This document shows, in pieces, positions 53,650 to 61,127 of a stretch of 62,313 nt of DNA; position 1 is the stretch's first letter, and each line of letters opens with the position of its first letter. A program made the position numbers and the translations under genes. Under the pieces are notes generated by a model. The model saw only the letters and a program-made list of their open reading frames with translations, was not told where the DNA came from and made no database searches. The stretch lies in IMG/VR virus record IMGVR_UViG_3300025261_000001; one strand, written 5' to 3'. This stretch comes from a virus.

Positions 53650-54563
53650 CACATATCCTTTTTATCTCTGAACCCTAGAAAGATAGGGTGGCGAGGCTTA
53701 TCCACGACACCGATAGGGAAATGCTTGTATTTGACGTAGCGACCTAAAAGGTACTTCGGGTTCCGTGTCCACGCTTCCCAGAGATTCTTTCTCTGTTCAA
53801 GCGTAAAGCCAGCACCCACGTCAAACTCCACTCCACTATAAACATCGCGTACATTAAAGCCACCAAGTACATCGGAGGCGACTTTATTCTCAGCGTGGGT
53901 AGATCGTTTGGTATGTCCTCGTGCATCGATAGTCGCCTCATTGTTGTTGTGCATCAGTTCAAACGCACCAATAATTTCGGCTTCACTATCCTCAAACCGT
54001 TTCAGCTTGAGCATGTAGCCTTCACGTACGGTCGAGCGGTTCTGCTTGTACGGACCATCCGGGCTACGTAGGATAACACCTTCATAGCCTTCATTCAAGC
54101 GGGCTTCCTCGTACGCATTAAGTTCGTCTGGCGACTTAATCAGGGTTTGAGGTAACCAGATAATAGGGTAGTCATCACCGTCTATGTCGTAGATGACTTG
54201 AATGCGTTCCTTCGCTTCGCGTGCTCGTGCCCAATAGGGCTTCTCTACGTCCCACTTGTCGAAGATATACCACTTAACGTCCGGCTGACCATCCCTACTC
54301 ATAACACCTGACATGGTGTTCTGCATGCAGTTAGGGTGGTTAGGTGTACCTACGACAAGTTCACCATCGAAGCCATGCCAGCTAGGTGCGTTGAACTTCC
54401 ACTGGCAATGGGCATTAGGTATAGCCGTCATGGTACGCGACAGTAGCGCGCCATTCTTATTAGTAGCACGTACGCCATCGATCTTGGGGCTAGCGAGAAG
54501 GGGGTAGCGCAATGCGCCGATGTCACCCGCCTTTACTGCCAGCATGACCTTTTTTAGTTCCAT
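53649..54563 (-). CDS. ATP-dependent DNA ligase
   Basis: 304 aa. Motif I KIDGVR, motif III FDGELV, motif IV EGVILR, motif V LKLK. AAGGGG SD. Confidence 0.9.
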   Translation of the reverse strand: MELKKVMLAVKAGDIGALRYPLLASPKIDGVRATNKNGALLSRTMTAIPNAHCQWKFNAPSWHGFDGELVVGTPNHPNCMQNTMSGVMSRDGQPDVKWYIFDKWDVEKPYWARAREAKERIQVIYDIDGDDYPIIWLPQTLIKSPDELNAYEEARLNEGYEGVILRSPDGPYKQNRSTVREGYMLKLKRFEDSEAEIIGAFELMHNNNEATIDARGHTKRSTHAENKVASDVLGGFNVRDVYSGVEFDVGAGFTLEQRKNLWEAWTRNPKYLLGRYVKYKHFPIGVVDKPRHPIFLGFRDKKDM

Positions 54564-54801
54564 CTACCATCCCCTTAAATTCTGTATAAATGCGAGTGGC
54601 TATGTAGCTAAGGTTTTCGTCGAAGAATGATCCACCGTAGACACCTACTTCGCGCCCACCAATAGTAAACGCGAAGCAGATGCCATTCTTAACTAACGGT
54701 AGACGACTCACACATACCTCGGCATTACACTTCTTAGATAGTGCGTATCCGACTTTATGTGCTAGGTTATTTAAGTCCGAAGTGGACTTTGAAGTCGTCA
54801 T
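54523..54801 (-). CDS. Hypothetical protein (paralogue of 54767..55105)
   Basis: 92 aa. AHKVGYALSKK...VSR...NG...RIYTEFKG parallels AEKIGKAIVDK...VRR...NG...RIYDDFKV in the next gene. Confidence 0.55.
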   Translation of the reverse strand: MTTSKSTSDLNNLAHKVGYALSKKCNAEVCVSRLPLVKNGICFAFTIGGREVGVYGGSFFDENLSYIATRIYTEFKGMVDGTKKGHAGSKGG

Positions 54802-55105
54802 AGATGCGCTTAGCCTTTTCCTTGAGGGTCATGTCAGTACGGGTATAGAACGAGTCGCTATACGCGCATGTGATTTCCTGATTGTAGCCGCCGTTGTCAG
54901 GGCGCAGCGCAATCTCCACGAACCCATTCACACCGTTTAAGTCAGTACGCCTTACGAACAACTGGTGTTTGGGGAACTTATCGACAATGGCTTTGCCGAT
55001 CTTTTCTGCAACTTCGATGGCCTGCTGTCCGCGTTGCTTACCCATTTCTTCGGTTGGCGCATCATGGGAGATAAACTCTCCTGCTTGAACCTGTTCACTG
55101 CTCAT
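54767..55105 (-). CDS. Hypothetical protein (paralogue of 54523..54801)
   Basis: 112 aa. Confidence 0.6.
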   Translation of the reverse strand: MSSEQVQAGEFISHDAPTEEMGKQRGQQAIEVAEKIGKAIVDKFPKHQLFVRRTDLNGVNGFVEIALRPDNGGYNQEITCAYSDSFYTRTDMTLKEKAKRIYDDFKVHFGLK

Positions 55106-55271
55106 AGACTTTCTCCATCAGTACCTTGTTCCAGTGATCTGCGACGTCCCAGCCCCAGCGCACTGCGTAGCTAACTTCGTAGAGCATCCAGCCTACGGCC
55201 ATGAAAGGGAATGTTGCGATGGCGAGTGCGACCAAGTAAATGATCGAACCACCCTTCTTAAGTTTCTTCAC
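55095..55271 (-). CDS. Candidate TM micro-protein (58 aa, GTG start)
   Basis: GTG 55271..55269 overlaps the polymerase stop (GTGA). Peptide (M)KKLKKGGSIIYLVALAIATFPFMAVGWMLYEVSYAVRWGWDVADHWNKVLMEKVYEQ fills the 162-nt gap. Confidence 0.35.
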   Translation of the reverse strand: MKKLKKGGSIIYLVALAIATFPFMAVGWMLYEVSYAVRWGWDVADHWNKVLMEKVYEQ

Positions 55272-57250
55272 TTCGCGTCTCCATACCTGTAGCCTGTGGA
55301 TACTTCAATACCGAGAGGCAGACCCTTTAAGTACGATACGGCTCGGGTCATAATCTCTGTGACCTTTATGGTGTACGGACCTAATTGAGTAACAACTTCC
55401 TTTTGTTTTTCTTCATTCCATTCCTTGGTGTCTACTTCGTCTTCCGGCACCAGTGAAACTAATTCGTCGTGGGTAGTCATCACCACGGGGTAGAACTTAT
55501 GTAGTTCGATCTTCTGTTCGCGCATCACCAGAGCGGCTACGGCCTGCACAATGTTCTCTGTGATCTTACCGCCGAACAGCTTAACATACTTGCTACCGTC
55601 AAGATAGGTAACTTCACCGTCTGCGTTCTTGGTCAGGCCCGGGTACTTAATGCACAAACCATTGGGCAACTTAATCGCAGGCTGATGGAAGATCGGATCA
55701 AGACAGGTAGACACCAGCGCGTCGCCTTGCATCGGTAGGTTCACACCCACCTGACCCTGCATCATGCCATTAATGGCCTTGGTGCATTGACGCCAGAACG
55801 CTGCTACACCCTTAAATGTATCGCGGTACAGCCTGACAATGCTTTCTGCAAACTCAGCCGTGATACCTTGGATACCACTGGCCTTACAGTATTCAATGAA
55901 TCGACCCGGACCCATGCCGAAGCCCAGACCTAATACGGCGGACTTAGCAATCTGGCGTTCGAACGGCGTATCCTTTTTATTGATCGGCTTACCGTAGATA
56001 CGGGTACCGAACCAACCATAAATGTCGCCGCCTTCGGCCATCACCTTTAGGGCTTTGGCTTCCTCGCTATCGGGTCCGGCAATCTGCATTCCAAGCCATA
56101 GAGTGATACGCGCTTCAATCTGGCTAAGATCGCTGACACCGAGTACATAGGGTTCGGGAGCGTAGATAGCTTTACGAAGCGTACCCCCTCGCTTGAGATT
56201 CTGAGGATTACCCCCGCCGCCCTTGTTGCCCGAATAGCGCTGGGTGACTTGCGCGCCCGCGTAGTTATATCCGACCGGCCAGTACCCGCGCTGCGACGCT
56301 GCATGATACAGGACAGAACGCGTTTCCTCGATAGTAGACTTGTGCTCAAGTCGCGCGGCGACCAGTGCTTGTACGTCTGGGTTCTCGTGGTCGAGCAGTT
56401 CCTTAAGACCCTCATCTGTCTTTGCGAAGGCGTATGCAACCTTACCAGCCTTAGTGATCTTTGTTGGAGGCGTAACACCTAGGTTCTCCAAGGCTGTAGC
56501 AAACTTGGGATTCGACATCAGGACGGCACGGTCTTCTAAACCTGCGTTCACCAATGCCTGCGCCTTCTGGACCTTTAGTTCTTCCATGTAATCTACTAGC
56601 AGGTCTGTGTCTAGTAGCAACTGTGGATTGGTGAACGCGCGGATCGTCCAATCCATCGCCTTAATCTCACTCTTGGGGAAGTGAGGTAAAAGCTTCTGTA
56701 GTAAAGCGTAGGTTAGTTCTGTATCACCGGCTTCCCAATGTCCGCTACTATTAGGTGAGCCGTCGAATGACGTTCCTTCCACCCAGCGAGGCGCACCTAC
56801 GCAATAGTCTGCAATGCGCGCTTCAAGCTGTGGACTTAGATCACGTACATTATATGACTTAGACAGTTCATCCATCTTCGTCATATTGCATAATAGCTGC
56901 GCCACGTACTTAAGACCATGGCGCGTACTATGTGGACCCACCAATGCCCGACTTAATGCTAAGGTATCGATGTACAACTTCGGGTAGACGTTATAGTGCC
57001 AGCCTAAGATACTACCGTCGAAGGGCAGGTTATGCCCTACCATTGCATTGTTCTCTAAGTCTAACTTAGAAAGCACCGCTGGGATATGCCTAGCAGTCAC
57101 CCAGCGGCTAGGGCCATTATTGATCTTGACCCCCATGCCATGGACCTTGAAACGCTCATCGCGGATATAGGATTCCGTAGTCACGTCTTTTAGACTAAGG
57201 GAGTATCCGTCTCCGTAATAAGTTTCAAAATCGACGGTAATTAGTTTCAT
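55268..57250 (-). CDS. Family A DNA polymerase with an N-terminal 3'-5' exonuclease domain
   Basis: 660 aa. Exo I ITVDFETY, Exo II HNLPFDGSIL, Pol motif A VSDLSQIEARI, motif B RQIAKSAVLGLGFGMG, motif C VMTTHDELV. Confidence 0.9.
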   Translation of the reverse strand: MKLITVDFETYYGDGYSLSLKDVTTESYIRDERFKVHGMGVKINNGPSRWVTARHIPAVLSKLDLENNAMVGHNLPFDGSILGWHYNVYPKLYIDTLALSRALVGPHSTRHGLKYVAQLLCNMTKMDELSKSYNVRDLSPQLEARIADYCVGAPRWVEGTSFDGSPNSSGHWEAGDTELTYALLQKLLPHFPKSEIKAMDWTIRAFTNPQLLLDTDLLVDYMEELKVQKAQALVNAGLEDRAVLMSNPKFATALENLGVTPPTKITKAGKVAYAFAKTDEGLKELLDHENPDVQALVAARLEHKSTIEETRSVLYHAASQRGYWPVGYNYAGAQVTQRYSGNKGGGGNPQNLKRGGTLRKAIYAPEPYVLGVSDLSQIEARITLWLGMQIAGPDSEEAKALKVMAEGGDIYGWFGTRIYGKPINKKDTPFERQIAKSAVLGLGFGMGPGRFIEYCKASGIQGITAEFAESIVRLYRDTFKGVAAFWRQCTKAINGMMQGQVGVNLPMQGDALVSTCLDPIFHQPAIKLPNGLCIKYPGLTKNADGEVTYLDGSKYVKLFGGKITENIVQAVAALVMREQKIELHKFYPVVMTTHDELVSLVPEDEVDTKEWNEEKQKEVVTQLGPYTIKVTEIMTRAVSYLKGLPLGIEVSTGYRYGDAK

Positions 57251-57426
57251 TGCTTAGGCTTCGGCTCTTTGTCGATGGCATTGTCTCGGAGAATCTTGAC
57301 GGCAGGCGGTGCCTTGTAGCCCAGCTTTAGCTGCCGCCCGTGGATATCCAAGACGACCAACGTAATCTTGATACCCTCCACTTCCATGTCAATCACATCG
57401 CCCTTGCGGTGTGTCATCACTAACAT
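57247..57426 (-). CDS. csrA: CsrA/RsmA-family RNA-binding protein homologue
   Basis: 59 aa from ATG 57426 (AAGGAG 5 nt upstream). MLVMTHRKGDVIDMEVEGIKITLVVLDIHGRQLKLGYKAPPAVKILRDNAIDKE aligns with E. coli CsrA [48 protein letters not shown]. ATGA coupling to polA. Confidence 0.7.
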   Translation of the reverse strand: MLVMTHRKGDVIDMEVEGIKITLVVLDIHGRQLKLGYKAPPAVKILRDNAIDKEPKPKQ

Positions 57427-57787
57427 ACATGCTCCTTTGCGTTCGATACAAACATTCTTTGGAGCAGAAGCAGCGTTTCTTTCTGCTCCTACTACTTCGT
57501 TGTGCTGTGGAAAGAACAAACTCTTTCCCACATCCTGCGCACGTCCCTTTCTCGTACACGCAAGGGTTAGACTTAGCGGTGTTTTCTCCACTACTGAGCA
57601 GCTTTAGGTTATCGTACTCGTCATTAGTGACGTCCCCATCTTTATGATCGACGGTTTCGTCACCCACTAGCCTACGGCCTAACTTAATTTCGAGCCGGAC
57701 TTTAGCTAACTGCCTTGCTGAACGTCGAAAGCCATCGTACATAATGACTATCGAACGCCTATCTTTTCGCACATAAGGGCCATACAC
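57389..57787 (-). CDS. HNH homing-type endonuclease (start uncertain)
   Basis: HNH core GDETVDHKDGDVTNDEYDNLKLL plus a C-terminal CAGCG...CFCSKEC zinc finger. The track ORF start at 57937 lies upstream of tRNA-Leu and reads through it. Likely starts are GTG 57787 or ATG 57742. The 3' end overlaps the csrA start by 38 nt. Confidence 0.65.
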   Translation of the reverse strand: MYGPYVRKDRRSIVIMYDGFRRSARQLAKVRLEIKLGRRLVGDETVDHKDGDVTNDEYDNLKLLSSGENTAKSNPCVYEKGTCAGCGKEFVLSTAQRSSRSRKKRCFCSKECLYRTQRSMYVSDDTPQGRCD

Positions 57788-57840
57788 CGTACGAAACTCT
57801 GGGTATAGTAACTTTATGGCAGCTAGCTCACTGTCCGATA

Positions 57841-57925
57841 TGGTGCGACAAGTGGGACTCGAACCCACAAAGCTCTCGCTGGCGACTCTTAAGGACGCTG
57901 TGTTTACCAATTTCACCATTGTCGC
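57841..57925 (-). tRNA. tRNA-Leu (anticodon UAA), type II with long variable arm, CCA encoded
   Basis: Cloverleaf read by eye: acceptor gcgacaa/ttgtcgc, D-arm gtg-aaattggtaaa-cac, anticodon arm gcgtc-cttaaga-gtcgc (one T.T mismatch), 13-nt variable arm, T-arm gtggg-ttcgagt-cccac, then acca. Confidence 0.8.
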
Positions 57926-57950
57926 GTACTCCACCATCGCGGCTATTCTA

Positions 57951-58544
57951 TTAACCGCCCTGTGTATCGTTACCTACGCGTGTTGCGTACCACTTATCAC
58001 GCAGTGCACGGCTGGCCTCACGCATAAGATTCGCTTGGTGCACGGCATCGTTCAGGGCGTTGTGTGCGTCTGCCTTGTGGATGGCAGGGTACGCCGTGGG
58101 GATCACCGACATAACCGTACGCACGTCGCGGTGGTTCCAGAACGGCCATCGGTAATCAATAGCCGGTACGGTACGCTTGAGCAGGGAGTTCAGGATAACA
58201 CAGTCGAAGTCCGGTCCCTTAGCCCAGATACCCTTAGCCCGATTAATTTCTTCCATTAAGTTCGGGATTACGTCGAGGAATCGCTCGGGCTTCTGTGCGC
58301 TGTATTCACTCGGGAAAGCAGCCAAGCGGGCTTCGTCGCCCTGACCCATCCACCACGCAATGGTTTTGTAGTCGGCTTCCGCGCCATCCTTCATCTGACT
58401 TTCTACATCGAGGATATGGTACTGCATGCCGTGCGGCTGGACCGTGGGATCATCCCAGCTAAACCAACACCAGCCGACGCTAAGTACCGGCGCGTTAGGG
58501 CCTTGGCCCAAAGTTTCGATATCGATACTGATATCTGTAGACAT
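57951..58544 (-). CDS. DEDDh 3'-5' exonuclease (DnaQ/RNase T-like)
   Basis: Start at ATG 58544 (overlaps the upstream stop). Exo I SIDIETLG, Exo III HNALNDAVHQ. Confidence 0.7.
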   Translation of the reverse strand: MSTDISIDIETLGQGPNAPVLSVGWCWFSWDDPTVQPHGMQYHILDVESQMKDGAEADYKTIAWWMGQGDEARLAAFPSEYSAQKPERFLDVIPNLMEEINRAKGIWAKGPDFDCVILNSLLKRTVPAIDYRWPFWNHRDVRTVMSVIPTAYPAIHKADAHNALNDAVHQANLMREASRALRDKWYATRVGNDTQGG

Positions 58545-58918
58545 TACACTTTCTCCTTCGCGCCATACTGCGACCATACGAATTCGCAGATACGGTGCTG
58601 CAAGAGTGTGAGCATGGCAATCTGTTCCTGCGGGGTCAGTCCCGGATGCTGAGCGGCCCAGCGCTGCAAGTCGCCCCACGCGTCGTTTGCCGCCTTCGCG
58701 TGTTCGTCCCCGGCCTCACCCTGCGCCTGCCCGTCCGCGCCCTCGTGAACCTCTTTCGGGACGTTAGCGGCGTATTCTTCGGGCGTGACGCGGGTTGCGT
58801 CCGGGTCTTCCTCTGCGGCCTTGTGGGCTTCCGCACCTTGCGTTGCGAAGTAGATAGTTTCCTTCGGTTCCAAGGTAAGGTTATCCAGCACGACACGCTT
58901 CCAGTATTTGTGGCTCAT
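58544..58918 (-). CDS. Hypothetical protein
   Basis: 124 aa with an acidic central region. Confidence 0.6.
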   Translation of the reverse strand: MSHKYWKRVVLDNLTLEPKETIYFATQGAEAHKAAEEDPDATRVTPEEYAANVPKEVHEGADGQAQGEAGDEHAKAANDAWGDLQRWAAQHPGLTPQEQIAMLTLLQHRICEFVWSQYGAKEKV

Positions 58919-59478
58919 AGCTTTTCAAGCTCCGTTCGTAGGTAATTAGTTAGAGCCAACTTAATTGACTCGGCTTCCTCGGGTCCAACAAGGATACGGG
59001 CTGCTGCCAGCAATTCCTTGCCCGCATGAATGGCTTTCAAATGCCACGCATGGTTCCCATACAGTAGACGCATCGCCTCGCACAGATGGATATTGCCGGG
59101 ATGCGTCGCAGAAAACTTTACATCAGTCCACAACTTTAAGTGACCTTGACACGCTGCCTTGCGATCATCACGCGTGATCCAGTGGCTCACGTCCTCCACC
59201 GTGTATCCTGCATGAGTACACACAGCTAGCGCTTGGCGGTACAGGAATATTAGGTAGGACTCTAACACTCTCTTGGCTGCAAGCGCTGAGCGTGGCGATG
59301 GCGATCCCAACCCCAAAATAGTATTCGCCAAGCCTAGATGCTCTAAACCCCATTGAACCGGAATCTCTGTGTCCCATGTCAGTCCGCATGCGTCTAGCGC
59401 CTTTTGGGTGATTTCGTCCGCGTCTTCGCACCAGAAGCCACCTTTCTTGACACGGTTCGCGGTTGTGGTGATTGGCAT
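58915..59478 (-). CDS. Hypothetical protein
   Basis: 187 aa, helical composition. Confidence 0.6.
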   Translation of the reverse strand: MPITTTANRVKKGGFWCEDADEITQKALDACGLTWDTEIPVQWGLEHLGLANTILGLGSPSPRSALAAKRVLESYLIFLYRQALAVCTHAGYTVEDVSHWITRDDRKAACQGHLKLWTDVKFSATHPGNIHLCEAMRLLYGNHAWHLKAIHAGKELLAAARILVGPEEAESIKLALTNYLRTELEKL

Positions 59479-59503
59479 TTAGTCTGTTCTCTGTAGCAGT
59501 CCA

Positions 59504-59731
59504 TTAAGTTCTGCGCAATGCGTTGGATACCGTACGCTTGAAATTCTGTTCCAGCGTCCTGCCTTTACTTGAATTGATGGTAACGATAGCTAAATCATCG
59601 CCGTCCTTGTCGGTACGGAAATAAGTTGTAGCCCCGTAACCACCAATCATGAAATTCGGTATATCAGTAATGCCTAGCTTCACTAGCGCCTTTCGGAATT
59701 CCTTTTCCGAAGTATACAGCGCGTAGTGCAT
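59504..59731 (-). CDS. Hypothetical protein
   Basis: 75 aa. Confidence 0.55.
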   Translation of the reverse strand: MHYALYTSEKEFRKALVKLGITDIPNFMIGGYGATTYFRTDKDGDDLAIVTINSSKGRTLEQNFKRTVSNALRRT

Positions 59732-59766
59732 AGGGCATTGAATTAACTCCCTATTGCACCAATATA

Positions 59767-59943
59767 TTATTTCTTCCCTTTACCCAGACCGCCGACTTTA
59801 TTCAAGTTGGGGTTAGCCTTCTTGGCTGCGGCACTGGCCTTCTTAGCACCAGCGTACAGGATGGCACCTGCCGATTTCTTAGACACACCTTCCTTGGACA
59901 TGATGGACTTCTGAGCAGCTTTGAAACCCATACCTTTAGCCAT
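59767..59943 (-). CDS. Small Lys/Ala-rich basic protein (58 aa, below ORF-track cut-off)
   Basis: MAKGMGFKAAQKSIMSKEGVSKKSAGAILYAGAKKASAAAKKANPNLNKVGGLGKGKK. The start overlaps the upstream gene end by 8 nt. Confidence 0.5.
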   Translation of the reverse strand: MAKGMGFKAAQKSIMSKEGVSKKSAGAILYAGAKKASAAAKKANPNLNKVGGLGKGKK

Positions 59944-60145
59944 TTCGTGGACTCCTACCGGGGAGGTTATGTTGACGCTTGAACTTTAGGCCAGCCTTAA
60001 TAGCCGCCTTACATTCAGCCTTCTTCTCTGCTTTCGGCTCCGTCCGTTCCTCGTACTTGGAGCCTTCGACCGGGCCTTTGCCACCGTCGATCTTGCTCCA
60101 CTTCTTCCTGACCTTTGTGAGACTGCTATTCTTTTTAGTAGCCAT
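59936..60145 (-). CDS. Small Lys-rich basic protein
   Basis: 69 aa. Confidence 0.55.
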   Translation of the reverse strand: MATKKNSSLTKVRKKWSKIDGGKGPVEGSKYEERTEPKAEKKAECKAAIKAGLKFKRQHNLPGRSPRNG

Positions 60146-60344
60146 GACGCCTCCGAGGACGACCTTTAATAACCCACTTAGCTGAGTTGACGTATTTATT
60201 GTACGCGGCCCGCATCGAACGACCTTTACCTGCTACACGTTCCGAGCCAGATAGCAGGCCGGGGTGTATTACATAGCCCTGCGCCCAATACCATCCGAAT
60301 CGCATCTTAATCTTCGGTTTGGTGTAATGAGCTTTATTGTACAT
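60135..60344 (-). CDS. Small Arg/Lys-rich basic protein
   Basis: 69 aa, with GGAGGG 5 nt upstream of the ATG. Confidence 0.6.
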   Translation of the reverse strand: MYNKAHYTKPKIKMRFGWYWAQGYVIHPGLLSGSERVAGKGRSMRAAYNKYVNSAKWVIKGRPRRRHGY

Positions 60345-60365
60345 GGTATCCCTCCACGAGCTTTA

Positions 60366-60635
60366 TTACTTCGCGGCTTTCGCCTGCCCGACTTGGAAGG
60401 GCATCCACTCAGCGTAGAAACCATGTGCGGGCTTCTCATCGCCTTCCTGCAACAACTTAACCGAAGTGCACCCCGTCATCAAATTACCGTGCTGATCGTG
60501 CGCAGCGAGGTTAACGCACCTATCGCTATGCACGTAGGTAATCATCGCCGCAAGCGGCTGGGTCTTGTCGTAGCGGATATCATTGAAGCTAGACGGCGTG
60601 AACCAAACAATGCGACCGATGGTGGGCTTAATCAT
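60366..60635 (-). CDS. Hypothetical protein
   Basis: 89 aa. The start lies only 16 nt downstream of the tRNA-Thr 3' end. Confidence 0.6.
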   Translation of the reverse strand: MIKPTIGRIVWFTPSSFNDIRYDKTQPLAAMITYVHSDRCVNLAAHDQHGNLMTGCTSVKLLQEGDEKPAHGFYAEWMPFQVGQAKAAK

Positions 60636-60651
60636 ATTAGTTCCTGTGGTG

Positions 60652-60727
60652 TGGTGCCGGTAGCAGGAATCGAACCCACGACCGCCTACTTACAAGGTAG
60701 ATGCTCTACCAACTGAGCTATACCGGC
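60652..60727 (-). tRNA. tRNA-Thr (anticodon UGU), CCA encoded
   Basis: Cloverleaf read by eye: acceptor gccggta/taccggc, D-arm gctc-agttggta-gagc, anticodon arm tctac-cttgtaa-gtagg, T-arm gtggg-ttcgatt-cctgc (two G.U pairs), then acca. Confidence 0.8.
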
Positions 60728-60909
60728 GAAACTTTGTAGCCCGTGACGTGGGCCAGTCGATCTAGTCATCAGTACGAAGGCGCCCGATCTGAGCGGCGAG
60801 CTAACTACGTTGTATGCTACCAGCAACACACTACGCATGGACGGTAACCCGGAACCCTTAGAGCCTATGTTTCTCTAAGGCCAGCGTCAGCTTAGGCGGA
60901 GCAACGCTC

Positions 60910-60915
60910 ATTATA
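60910..60915 (-). promoter_or_regulatory. Consensus -10 hexamer TATAAT upstream of tRNA-Thr (candidate internal promoter)
   Basis: Perfect TATAAT on the - strand about 180 nt upstream of the tRNA, in a 256-nt gene-free stretch. No good -35 or TG extension. Confidence 0.3.
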
Positions 60916-60983
60916 CTAACCTAGATTGGTCCCGTTGTTGACGTGTACGGTGACCTTCCACGGCACGGCCTTCCAGCCCAGCA

Positions 60984-61127
60984 TTACAAATGCTTGATAC
61001 CGCCCATCCACACTTTCTTCACCGCGTCATTAGGGAGAATCTTTCGTTCCTGATAACCTTTAGGCGGAAACACCAACTGAGAACGCCATGGATGTTTCTT
61101 CTTAGCTTTCGGTTTAGCGGCGGTCAT
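60984..61127 (-). CDS. Small basic hypothetical protein (47 aa, below ORF-track cut-off)
   Basis: MTAAKPKAKKKHPWRSQLVFPPKGYQERKILPNDAVKKVWMGGIKHL. The ATG overlaps the upstream stop (ATGA). Confidence 0.45.
   Translation of the reverse strand: MTAAKPKAKKKHPWRSQLVFPPKGYQERKILPNDAVKKVWMGGIKHL

Noticed and set aside
57838-57937. N-terminal 30-50 codons of the 182-aa HNH track ORF.
   Set aside because: This part is the reverse-strand reading of tRNA-Leu and its flank. Its being open is most likely coincidental.
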